In this document: positions 23,347 through 36,050 of the stretch, piece after piece
How the letters are laid out: each line of letters opens with the position of its first letter
Numbering within the stretch: the stretch's first letter is position 1
Source: Chrysomallon squamiferum
Lineage: Eukaryota; Animalia; Mollusca
NCBI GenBank assembly: GCA_012295275.1
Contig: CM022668.1
Span: 744,001-808,000 of the forward strand
Reading direction: 5' to 3'
Length of the DNA stretch: 64,000 nucleotides
Made by a program: the position numbers and the translations under genes
The notes under the pieces: generated by a model
Databases searched by the model: none
Seen by the model: the letters and a program-made list of their open reading frames with translations, nothing else
What the model was told of the DNA's origin: nothing

Positions 23347-24438
23347 TATGTATTTTTATTTTAGTTTTTAGTATCAGTTTGTCATTTTGTAAAGGTCATC
23401 TTCCATTTAACAGTTATTATAATTAAGTATCAGAGCTGTTATTAGGTTTTATGTGAAACATTTCAAATTAGTTCTAAGGGTCACTTACAATAATTATATC
23501 ATATTTTAAGAATGATTTAAAACATAATAATAAGTAACAGTTTTAATATTAATTTTTTACGGTTAGTTATTACGTTTTCAGTGTTATAAGTAAAATTTTA
23601 CTTTCTTTGATTAACTCTCAGAGTAAAAAGTTTACATTTGTTTCGAGCGTTGAAGAACTAAAATTAACAAAAAAAACACAACATATAACATTTGTTTAGT
23701 GTCAAATAATTCAAATTTATAAGATGAATCTCAGAATTAAATTTTAACAGATGTTATAAGTGTTAGATGTGATATTTAACATTAATTATTTAACATTAAT
23801 TAATTGATTTATATTTTGATACCAATTTTTAAGTGTCAGAGTTAAAATCACGTGTCACAAATAAAATTTAACATGTTTTAAGTGGCAGAAAATTAATCAT
23901 TTTTGCATTTTCTATTAAATGAACAGAAAGAGGATTAACAATAAAACAAATAAAAATGTGTGTTGACAGTCAAATAGTGCGTTGTGAGTGTAGCCTATGG
24001 GAGTGTGTGTGTACGTGCACGTTTTAAATACATACAAGTACAACCGTTTGTTTGTTGTTGGGATTTTGTTCTTGTTTGGTTTTTATTTATTTTTTTTTTT
24101 TTTTTATTATTATTATTTATTTTTTTTTTTTTTTTTTCTTTAGGGGGTTTATATTTTAGTGTGGGTACGTGTGTTTGAATTTTATTTTTTCCTTTCGTTA
24201 CGTTTTTATTTTTTATTTATTTATTTTAAATTATTAATTAATTTGTTTATTTATATTACTTCTTTTATTATATATATAATTCTTTATTTTTTATTTGTTG
24301 TCTTAACTACGAAACAAAAGAGACACTCGTGAAAGATAATCAGTGTTCACTCTATTTATAAACCGTTTTACTAATTCTCTCCGCAATTAACCTTCTTCGT
24401 ATACGGTATAGCCTCTTTTCGTTACCGACTAACGGCCC

Positions 24439-24469
24439 TGAACTTTGAGTTCAGTATAGTTGACCTTTC
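24439..24469. promoter_or_regulatory. Cluster of nuclear-receptor half-sites about 280 bp upstream of the P450 ATG
   Basis: TGAACT-ttg-AGTTCA-gtatagt-TGACCT: three perfect RG(G/T)TCA half-sites in 28 bp. Confidence 0.4.
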
Positions 24470-24732
24470 AGATGTGAGATAAACAAAAACCGCCAGCTAA
24501 CCCAAGAGCTGTTAGTGTAACTTGTAGTCGACTGTACATACAGAATTTACAACATACACAACGAAACAACAGAAGTATTAAGTTGTACGTGGAAGTTCAG
24601 AACAGTATATACAGCGAATTTATAATGTCACTGTGTTATATTCAGTTTTCAAAGAACTGATCTAAACTGTACACATTCCGAACTGACAGAAACGCGTACT
24701 ATATTTTTTATTATTATTTTACATCACACAAC

Positions 24733-24925
24733 ATGGATTTTGTGTCGCTGTTCGACGTCATCCCTCTGTCTCTGCTGTTGTTGTTGGCAAGCGCAGTTCT
24801 TCTGTACATGTAAGTAAAACAGACTGCAGCTCTTCAGCCAGTTTATCATCCAGTCTTGCTCAGTACGTCTATTTATTATCTTATAAGTCTGTCATTTTAT
24901 ATATCGGTCCCTTTTTCAATCTGTC

Positions 24926-24974
<49 letters not shown>

Positions 24975-27900
24975 GCATGTTTTTGTTCAATAGAAACACA
25001 ACAAACTGTTTGTGCTAGCACTGAACATTCAGTATAGCAATATAGTACTAGAATAACGATAATTTGTCATAACGATCACATACGGTTTTATACAAGCAGT
25101 ATAGCAAATGTAAATATGAGTAGTTACCCAGGTCCAGCCTCAACTCTTACAGATTACCCTGGGAATCATTCTGTAGTCCTCACCTAACAAAAAAAAAAAA
25201 CTTTTTTTATTCAGAAAGAAAAAGGATTCATGTTATTTGTCAGTGTGGTTTGAACTTACTGCCAGACATACTATGTGGGCAGGATTAACTGTATTAAGAG
25301 GAGTAAAAAATATGCATTATATAGTGAGATGGTGGTATATAAAACTTCTTTTAAAAAATATAGGAATAATAGTTAATTAAAACTGGATCACAATGTTTCC
25401 TAGTTAACATAAGAAATGTACTGTGGGCCTTCTAGTTCTTATTTTCATTTCCTGTTTATTCCACTAATGTGGTTGACTAACACTAGCACTATCACCACTG
25501 CTTGAATATTTTTTCACTGAAGAATCTTTCCAATGTCATTCAGTTTTGCCCAAGTTTATCATTTAAAAACAAAAACAATAGAATTTGATAGGTGCTTCCT
25601 GCGCAAAAGAGAAATGACTGTCTAATTGGAGAAAGTAGGCAACCACTGAATTCTTTGTTTTTCTTGAAACAATTGTGTTCTTCTTATAAGTCAACTTTTG
25701 TTTTCTGTTTCAAATTCTAACTAGATTTTTGTCAAATATTTGGCCAAGATTCAAGTTGTTTGAATATAAAGGGTCCATTGAACAAATGTCTTATCTGTCA
25801 TGAGTTCACAAAACCTGACAAATGATTTCAGTAATTAGTAGGTCTTTGCTTCACCATGCCATGTGGCATAAACCTTCACTGTAGATATACCAAGATCCAG
25901 GAACAAGGATGCCTGTTTATCAAGTTACATCAGAATACATGGGTGATGTTACATCTTGCCTCACTGTAAATGGCTCAGTCCCTTTCCAACATTTTTAATG
26001 AAGCTGATCTGTACCCTCTGAAGAAATCAAGGTGGCAAAAAATAGGCAATGGTACCATACAGCTGTACTAATTATCATGCTGGAGACAATATACAAGAAA
26101 TTACAAAACATTGTTTGTTTGCAATTCACTTTAACTTTTCAGATTAAGTTTGAGTTTAGACTATTTGTCTTTGATAAAAACTGGATGTATTTTAAATTGG
26201 TAAGAGTCTCCTGGTGTCATGGTAAATTGGTTAGAGTCTCATGGTATTTTAAATTGGTAAGATTTTCATGTATTCCCAGTCCCACAGTCTGGAAAACGGG
26301 GGTTCAGCTTACCCTGGTCTTCCCTCTAGCTGTCTGCCCATTAGTCATATAATGATGTGTATGTATGTTATGTGTAGGAATATTTGAATTTGTGTATAAT
26401 GTGTGTATGTTTACAGTAATGTATATGTATTTGCTGCCATTTAGTTGATTTCACTGGTTTTACCAACATACTTTCACACTTGTAGCTATGGAACCAGAAA
26501 TAACACATATTTTTCAAGTATTGGAATCCCATCACCAAAGCCTGCCTTTCTCTTTGGAAACAGTAGTGACCTCAAAAAACATGTAAGTTTTAACTTATTT
26601 GTAGTTACAAATACAAAAACATGTTTTAAATTACAGTTTTAGTAGTTTTGTGTGTGTGTGTTTTAAGTGGTTTTGTGTTAAAAGTACAGAAATGTGAAGT
26701 TTAAATTGCTGATGGTAAACTACAACTTTTCTTATAAAATGGTATATTTTAAGTGTTTTCCTTTATATAATTTTAAATTATAAACTGTTCTTGAGGTGTT
26801 GTATAACATTTATTTTATATATTGTTATTGATGTTATATGGTACAGTTTTATTTTATATATTGCTGCAGTTATTGTAAGAGTCTCTATATTATTTATTTT
26901 GTAAATTGTTACTAACTGTGATTTTGTATATTTATTTGAGGCAGTGTTATTGATGTTATTGATCTACAATATTTATTTTATATGTTATTGTTGATGTTAC
27001 TTATCATTGTAGATTTTTAAATATTTTTATCTGCTGGAGTTTAATTTCAATTTCAGGGATTACTGGATGCTATAGGGAAATGGCATGTACAATACGGAGA
27101 TGTTTTTGGGTTAGTAGATTTTTTTTTAAATGTTTACAGTTTAGTCAGAGAAAATCATTGAATGACTATATGTATATTCTTACACATGTGTTGGTTTATG
27201 CATTATGTATGTGTGTGTTTTAGTGTATGTATGTATACACATGTTTGTTGAGAATGTGTCTATGTGTCATGTATATATAATAAACAATCCGAACATGAAC
27301 TCTTCACGGTAACACTCTCATACACAGATGTTATTTGTTTTCATTTGTTTCCAGTCTGTTGTTTGGAACTATACCAATGACCTGTGTTTTTGATGTTGAC
27401 ATCCTCAAAGAAATTCTTGTGAAGGATTTCACTAACTTCTCAGACAGATTTGTAAGTGCTTTGTTACACTGCTGTACAGTTACAAATATATAAAGATGCA
27501 AATTAAAATAAAGATTAAACAAATAAATCAAAAACAAAGTTTAGGTATACATATAAATAAATAAATTAATTAATTAAACAAGAAACCCAGTTTCTTAGCA
27601 GTAAAATCTAATAATTAAATAAACAAACTAAATATTAAATAAAACAAGTAAATAAATAAATATATGTATGTGAAATACAGCAAGTAAATAGATATTCTTA
27701 TATAAATAGGATAGATATGTCACAGAAATCAGACGATTTTTGAGAATGAATATAAATTCCTGTTTAAAGTGTGTTACAAATATACCATTCTTGCTTTCTT
27801 CTTTTTCATTGTTAAGTAAATCTGATTACTCAGACAGGAAAGGTCAAGACAGTTATTGTCATAAACTGTCCAGATAATTAAAATTTACAAATGAATGCTA

Positions 27901-30900
27901 TGGTCCATGCCACTCAACAGCTGCAGTGTAAAATAGAAAATGTAATATTAATGTTTGTAGTGTAATGAATTGTAATACATACTAATAACTGCAGAAGTAC
28001 AGTATATAGAATTATATTAACAATCATAGTGCAGATTAAAATGTGTATAAATGTATGCATCACATACGTTAAGTTTATGAATAGAGAATATTTTAATATT
28101 TATATAAAATTAAAAATATTTCTTACCGAATTTTCCTCTATAGGTTATGAAGTAGATCATCACATTGATATATTTAGTTGTGTGAAGTCACAACAGCCTC
28201 ATGATTTATTTTTATTTTCTGTTCAAAATTTTATTTTATGTATTACCTTTGTTCTGCAGGTGATGGATTTGAACAAGGATCCAGTTAGCCTAGGTTTGTT
28301 CTTTCAAGGTGGCTCATCATGGAAACGACAGAGAATGATTTTGTCACCAACATTTACAGCTGGAAAACTACGATTGGTGAGCTGTAGTTAAATATAATGC
28401 AGTGAACTAGAATAAATATATGCACAATGTGAAGTATCTGTAATAACCAGTTTGTTTATATATAACAAGAGTAATAAACAACACAGTTTTTAATCAGTGA
28501 ATTGATATTAAACAATACTCAGTATTGTCCACAGTAAACTATATATTGTATTTAATAATGACTCATTGATAAAGGTTTTCTAGTTTGTAAACTAATGTCC
28601 ACAATAAAAAATAAATAATAATAAAATAAACAGACTTCAGTGATTCAGTAATTTGTATTAAAAAACCTCTTTATAATGAAAAGAATTAGTTTTGCAGTAA
28701 AGCAATAATGATGTGACTATTTTCTAGATGACAGGTCACATTCAGAAGTGTGCACAGACACTTACAAGCATTTTTGAAGAGCATGCACAAGAGGGTAAAT
28801 CTGCAGACGTTAAAAGGTTTGTTCACACACAGTACTTAATAAAATCTAGAGGTTTCACAAATCTTTCATCAAATGTACATATTTCACAGAGTACTTAATT
28901 AACTGCACAGATTTCATATATTTTACTTGAACTCTACTTAATCTTATGTATATTTCATTTTATTTGAATTGCATATTTTATAATAATCTAGAATTATCAC
29001 TATAATACAGTATTTTTGGTGACTTCACTATGGATGTCATAGCGAGTACAGCATTTGGTATTGAAATAGATTCACAGAGAAATCCTGATAATTTGTTTGT
29101 GTACCATGGCAAGAAAATCTTCTCAAGCAGCTTCCTCAACAGCCCAGCTATAATTCTAGCCAGTAAGTGTCTAGCTAACTTACTAGTAATTCTAGCCGGT
29201 ATGTATCTAGATAACATACTAGTAATTCTAGCCAGTAAGTATTTAGCTAACTTACTAGTAATTCTAGCCAGTAAGTGTCTACCTAACATACTAGTAATTC
29301 TAGCCAGTGTGTGTCTAGCTAACATACTAGTAATTCTAGCTATGTGTCAAGCTAATGTACTATTAATTCTAGCCAGTAATTGTCTAGCTAATGTACTAGT
29401 AATTCTAGCCAGTAAGTGTGTATCTAATATGCTAGTAATTCTAACAGGTTTGTGTCTAGCTAACATACTAGTGTTTTTCCAATCAGTATGTGTCTAGCTA
29501 ACATACTAGTGTTTTTCCAATCAGTATGTGTCTAGCTAACATATTAGTGTTTTTCCAATCAGTATGTGTCTAGCTAACATACTAGTGTTTTTCCAATCAG
29601 TATGTGTCTAGCTAACATATTAGTGTTTTTCCAATCAGTATGTGTCTAGCTAACATACTAGTGTTTTTCCAATCAGTATGTGTCTAGCTAACATACTAGT
29701 GTTTTTCCAATCTGTATGTGTCTAGCTAACATACTAGTGTTTTTCCAATCAGTATGTGTCTAGCTAACATACTAGTGTTTTTCCAATCAGTATGTGTCTA
29801 GCTAACATACTAGTGTTTTTCCAATCAGTATGTGTCTAGCTAACATACTAGTGTTTTCCAATCAGTATGTGTCTAGCTAACATACTAGTGTTTTTCCAAT
29901 CTGTATGTGTCTAGCTAACATACTAGTGTTTTTCCAATCAGTATGTGTCTAGCTAACATACTAGTGTTTTTCCAATCTGTATGTGTCTAGCTAACATACT
30001 AGTGTTTTTCCAATCTGTATGTGTCTAGCTAACATACTAGTGTTTTTCCAATCTGTATGTGTCTAGCTAACATACTAGTGTTTTCCAATCTGTATGAGGT
30101 ACTGTCTAGTGTTATATCAATGTCTATATGAGGTACTGTCTATTGTTATATCAATGTCTATATGAGGTACTGTCTAGTTATATCATTGTTTATAAGAGAT
30201 ACTATCTATTGTGATTTCAGTGTATATATGAAATACTATCTTTGTTATAGTCAGTGTCTATATGAGATAATATATATTGTTATATTAGTGTGTATATGAG
30301 ATGCTGTCTATTGTTATTTCAGTGTCTATAGACTCTACTTGATATACCAGCTCATTGCATGTTAGTGAAGTAATGTATTTGAGTGAAGATGTGTTGTGTG
30401 TATACTTAGATAATTTATTATTTATATATAAAGTTCTGTTAAATTGTATATCTATAAAGTTGTATTAGGTTCTGGTTATGAAGTTTTTTTTTATCTGTAT
30501 TAACATTATGTAAAGTTACATACAAAAATCTTCTGTTTGCAGCTCTGTTCCCATCAACAATACCAATTTTGAAGAAATTAGGAATTAGTGTATTGCCTAA
30601 AGATGCAGTTACATTCTTTACTTCTACCATGAAGAAGATGATAGAAGAGCGAAAACTTGAACCACAGGCTGCACAAAAGGTGAAAAAAAAATCCAAGAAC
30701 CTGTAGGTTATGGTTTCACATCCCAGTATAAGACTTGAACAAGTTACAGAGTCACTTGACATTCATTAATGTTATGCTGAGGTGTTAAATATTTATTCGT
30801 TCATTCATTCTTTCTCCTTGTCCATATAACTGTTTTATTGATCACAGATTACATCAACAATACACAGAATTGCCAGTGAATAAACTAAACATAAACAAGA

Positions 30901-33900
30901 AAATTTTACATTCATGTTAATGTAGATTAGAACTAAATAAAAGCCTGGATGTTCATACTTTTGATGCAAAAACTTTAGAACCTCAGCTTTGTTACTACAA
31001 GGAAGTATTTTTCACATGTTATTACTTACACCAACAGAGAGAGACACATATTGCATTTGTCTTAAATACATATAAAATATATTCAATTTAATAAGTAATA
31101 AAAACTATAAAAGGCATTAATATTTGCCTCTCAAAAACATTAATAAAAATAATGTAAAAAAGAACTACAGCATTATAAGAGAAATATTGAATGAGTCTAA
31201 AATTATATTATTTCATTGTTAATTGAAAGCACACAGACTTTTTACAACTGATGCTGAATGCAGAGGCAGAAATCTTTCCTGGAGATAATGCCAGTGAACA
31301 GCAAGGAAAACGTAGGTTCACACATCTTATCATTCCTGCCTTTATAAAATAACACATTACAAAGAATTACTTGTAACTACACATTTGTTACAGATCACAC
31401 AACTGTAAATATACATTATTATTTGTTACAGTTCACGGAACTGTCAATATACATTATCATTACACATCTTATAAAGAGGTACACGTGACTACATATTTGT
31501 TACAGTTCACACAACTGTTAAAGTACATTATTATATACCTTACAAAGTATTACTAATATCTGTTCAGATATAAATTAACATAGTTGTTAATGTTTTATTA
31601 GCTACAGATTTCAGCTAAATATTTATCACATTTAAGATGACATTTGTGAGTAGGTAACTTAAGTATAACTGAGAATTAATCAGAAAATTATTCCCCTATC
31701 AGTATTGAATAAAACTGAGTCACTGTTTCAGGTCTGACACATGATGAAATAATAGCACAGGGATTCCTTTTCTTTATTGCTGGCTTCCAGACAACAAGAA
31801 CACTGCTGCAGTTCATTGCCTACTGTTTGGCCACACACCCTGATATTCAGGACAAACTCTTTAATGAAATAAAACAACTGGATGATCAGGTAGTTACATA
31901 TCTGTGTGGTATGAACTTGTTTGCGTACATGAGGAATAATTACCAGTTTGTGTGTGTGTGTGTGAGAAAGAGAGAGAGAGTGTGTGAGTGTGAGGGTGTA
32001 TGTGTGTGGGGTGTGTCCGTCCAAGTGTATATTATACTTTTACTTTTTTCAGCAGGAACTAAATTATGAAGACATCTGCAAACTGCAGTATTTGGAAAAT
32101 GTGATCAAAGAAACTCTAAGACTCTACCCTTCAGTATCAGCGTATGTAATTTTTTTGTGTTACATTCACTGTATTTACACAGGCTATTCTTGTATTATGT
32201 TTACTAATAGAGTTTATACATAGATATTATATATATTTTTGGGTGTCATTTTAACTAGCAGGATTATAAAAGTGTGTGTGTGGATGTGTATATATAGTCA
32301 CTCCCTGCTTTCGGCATGTGTAAAATTTTCCTTTACACCACTTTATTAGAGAACATCATTATGTCCAACATTAGATGAGTCAGCAGGATATGGAAAAAGA
32401 AGTCTTCATTAAAAATTATTTTAAAATAATTGTTAAAAATAAAAGGAGCTAAAAAGCAATTTAAAATACAACAGAAACACATTAAAATATGTATATAATA
32501 AAATGTTTGCACCAAACTCAGATTCATCACTTTAAAGTAAATAATATATTTTTATTAATTTTATTTATTATTCATTATAAATGAAGCCTAAAATATTCTT
32601 AAAATTCTTTAATGCCTTGTTATGTTGTTCTGCATATTTGTTGTCATACTTAAGGATTTTTATTGGCAAATCAACAGATAAATAGAATAATTTTATTGTG
32701 TTGATTATGCTTTAAAAACATTTACTAAAATGTGTTTTTAGAGTTCTTTAAAGTTTAATGATATTCTTCAGGGAATTATACACTGTTTGTCTCATTGGGA
32801 GGCACTGTCAGGTTTAGGTTAAAAAGGTAGGTTGTATCACAGCTTTCAGAATCAATTATGTAGGGTGGGATGTGACTCGTGTGTGTGTGTGTTTTTCATT
32901 GTTACTGTCACTACCAGTTTTTAAATTTCTGTGAAGGAGTGTGATTTATTCCTGATTAGCACAGTAATATAAAGTGAAACCATCTCTTGATGTCAGAACA
33001 CTCCACTCAGAGACACAGGGAGTGAGCTGAGCTGCTAACAGCATTGCATCAGAAGTTAGGCAGAAAGTTTGCCAGTTAGTGGCTTTGTCATGATTAAAGA
33101 GCAGGATGAAACAGTTTAACCTCACTGTGCCCTCTGGCTGTAGGGATTAGTAAGTGATTAAGTGATGCAACTGAACACTTCTATTGCTGTAGTCAGTGTG
33201 GTGTCTTCCCATCTGGTCGAATTCCCAGTTCGTAGAAATAACTCCTCTACCGCAATACCTGATTACCTCTGTATGTAATGAACTTGGTCTCTTGATCTTC
33301 ATGTAAGTTTTGATTATAGACGGACAATGGTTTAATTACCAATGTACATAAATCTGGTTTCTTTGTTCTTCTGCTGCCAGGGCAGAGCGTATTTTTGCAA
33401 ATTGATTATGTAACATCACTTGAAAGCAGAAAAAGCTTTCACTACTCATTTGTTGTTATATACTTTTCCAATCACAGCGAAGATGTTGCAGGTCATGAGA
33501 TCGATCTTCTTCTTCTTATTATTATTATCATTATCATCAATATTATTATTGTTATTGTTATTATTTAATCTGGTCATTTCTAATTCATCAACATTTCATT
33601 TCCAATTAAAAAAAAAAAGAATCCTAAATTTTATGGTCAGTTAAAAACACATTTCATTAAACATTCATCACAGAAAAGTTTCTAGATTCGTACAATATTA
33701 TTATAACATTGTACATATTACTGAACTTACTGAAACATCAGACACACTGTTTTCTTTTTTAATTATTTAAATTCAACTACATTCAGTATATGAACTATTC
33801 AGATATTTTCATATTTGCATACTTTATGCAAAAAGTGATATCCATACTACAGTAATAGCATGGATTAATGATGTGGTTGTTTCAAATTTCCCATCATTAA

Positions 33901-36050
33901 GTGAGATATCATTAAGCAGGAGACTAGTTTACACAGAATTAAGATTAAAAACAGTGGTTATGTTCTTCACGATTGAAATTTGACATAAAAAGAAATGTTA
34001 AATAAGGAGAAATAAAATTCAATTTAGACACAAATGATTTAAAAGATCATAGATATTAAAGAAACAGTAAATCATTTACAAATCAATTTTTACAAATACA
34101 TTAAGAAATAATTATATGCCGCTCATTGTGGGTTCATTATTGTGGGTTTTGTGTTCATTTAAGATATCGTATTTTGTTTCTACAGTTATTGTCTTCCATT
34201 CTCTCTTTTTATCATCAGCATTCGCCGGTGTACTTTTATTAGTTTTGACATATTGAAAGTGTAAATTACCAAAGGGTTGAGTCTAAATGGAAACAGAAAG
34301 GACAACAGAATCTGAACATCACATGACGTCTGCATGTCAAATGATCAACATAGCTTAGGAAAGCTTGTGAATGAACATAAAATGAACGAAAACCGACTTA
34401 AACACATGCATTGTACCCATTTGTATCATTTATTTCTAGCAATTAACTAACTATTAAATTTCTATTTATATGATTTGTAAAAAAACGATTGTTAAAGCGG
34501 GATATCATTAAGCGAGGTATTACTGTATTTGTACAATAATAATCAGTTTCCAAATAATCTGAAACAGTTCATTATAATGACTGAGGTAAAGACAAGCATG
34601 TAAATAAGAGCACAAAACCATATTTAGCCATTCAACAAAATGGGAATTCTACCAGATGGGAGTAATTAGTGAGTGTCATTAAAGTGAACAGTTACTCAGA
34701 ATCCAAGCTGAGGATCCACAAGTTTTAAGGTTTGCGGATTTTGTCACTGAACAACAGATTGAATCTGGCAGAAAAATCTGGAACCGTTTCAAAATAAACG
34801 GTGCCAGTACTATGATTAATGTTGAGAAAAAATTGTGGAAACTATTCAAACTACTCTTGATAAATATTTATTTTAAAATGCATAAATATTGTTTAAATTA
34901 CTACTTTGGTTTTTTCTTTTTTAATTTTACTGAAAGATAAGTATATTATTATAGAATCAAAACTTGATTTTATTTCAGCAACATTCAATCAAGGACTAGT
35001 TATAATTTTTACTATTAATTATTATATCTGATTAACATTATTTTGATATATACAGTAACATCCATGGATTAATTAATTACATTAAGAAAGAAATATCTGT
35101 ACATACAAAATACATTCATACATGTACATATATCTACCAGAAACATGCCTCATAAAACAAGGATTACTGGTTTAATTTCAGAATAAACAGGAAAGTGCTG
35201 AACACAACAACAATAAATGGATACAAGTTCCCTGCCAGAAATATTGTCTTCATCCCCATTTTCCACATAATGAGAGACCCACGCAACTTTCCTGACCCTC
35301 TCTCCTTCAAGCCAGATAGGTTTGTTAAAACTTCTTTATTTTTTGGTAGGTATTAAACAGAATGAGAACTCGGTTTGATACAGTTAATTATTTATAACAG
35401 TTATATTTTAAATAAAAAAATTAAAATTAACAATAATTTGCCTTTGAAAAACCTGTATTTGAATGGTGTAAGAAAGCAGATAAATAAAAGCAAATCTAGA
35501 TAATAGGTTATATCTGTTTTTGAGAAGGAATTTAACAAGAGAATGTTATTTGAAATGTACAAAATATTAAATAAATAAGAAAATAACAGTATGATATTAT
35601 TCAGGTGGGAGGACAAATCTGACATGAATCCGCTCACAAACCTGGCTTTTGGTTATGGACCACGTCTGTGTATTGGAATGAGGCTAGCCATGTTGGAGGT
35701 TAAAGTTGCACTCATTGAAATCCTGAGGAAAGTGAAGTTTGTTCGTGAGGAAGATACACCAGTATGTCCTATTAAATATCTCATATCATTTTGTGTTGAC
35801 TGTTGCCATCTTGTCATTGCTTTCTATCTTCATACTCGATGTTCTCTTGTCTCTCTTTATCTTCATAGTTGATTTTATTCTTCTCTTGTCTCATTCTGTT
35901 TTCATAATTGTTTATTTCAATAAACTATATCCATTACACAATTTTTTATTTTTAACTGAACAGGATACTATAGTGTTTTCCAACAAGAGAGGAATGGGTG
36001 ACCTTGAACCCATTACACCAATAAAGTTGAAAATTGAAGTGAGAAGTTAA
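24733..36050 (+). CDS. Cytochrome P450, clan 3 (CYP3A-like), 14 exons, about 509 aa
   Basis: GT-AG exons in consistent phase: 24733-24809, 26486-26582, 27057-27109, 27355-27451, 28260-28376, 28728-28816, 29011-29162, 30543-30679, 31230-31311, 31732-31889, 32053-32141, 35182-35319, 35605-35761, 35964-36050 (1530 nt). Motifs: N-terminal anchor, GIPSPKP, WKRQR..LSPTFT, AGFQTT, ETLRLYP, FKPDRW, FGYGPRLCIG. Confidence 0.95.
24928..24969. repeat. (TG)n microsatellite
   Basis: Direct reading. Confidence 0.95.
29151..29471 (+). repeat. 36-bp tandem repeat x9 spanning the P450 exon 7 / intron 7 junction
   Basis: Unit TAATTCTAGCCAGTAAGTGTCTAGCTAACATACTAG; copies start at 29151, 29187, 29223, 29259, 29295, 29331 (33 bp), 29364, 29400, 29436. 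Confidence 0.92.
29472..30095 (+). repeat. 38-bp minisatellite, about 16 near-identical copies
   Basis: Unit TGTTTTTCCAATC(A/T)GTATGTGTCTAGCTAACATACTAG, head to tail with no spacers. Confidence 0.95.
30094..30332 (+). repeat. Degenerate ~34-bp tandem repeat, about 7 copies
   Basis: Unit ATGAGGTACTGTCTATTGTTATATCAATGTCTAT, decaying towards the 3' end. Confidence 0.8.
33850..34525. mobile_element. Tc1/pogo (Tigger-like) MITE in P450 intron 11
   Basis: TA|CAGTAATAGCATGGATTAATGAT at left, ATCATTAAGCGAGGTATTACTG|TA at right: imperfect TIRs, TA duplication, subterminal GATATCATTAAGC repeats. Confidence 0.65.

Noticed and set aside
28978-29497. ORFs 29030-29497 (+) and 28978-29325 (-) as independent genes
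   Set aside because: The first is P450 exon 7 reading into the 36-bp repeat; the second is its antisense shadow.
29472-30095. 38-bp repeat array as a CRISPR
   Set aside because: Units are head to tail with no unique spacers, no cas genes, and the context is a eukaryotic intron.
32950-33420. Possible hAT transposase relic on the minus strand in P450 intron 11 (STRW and SEWSV fragments)
   Set aside because: Only two very short motif-like matches amid stops; not supportable without blastx.
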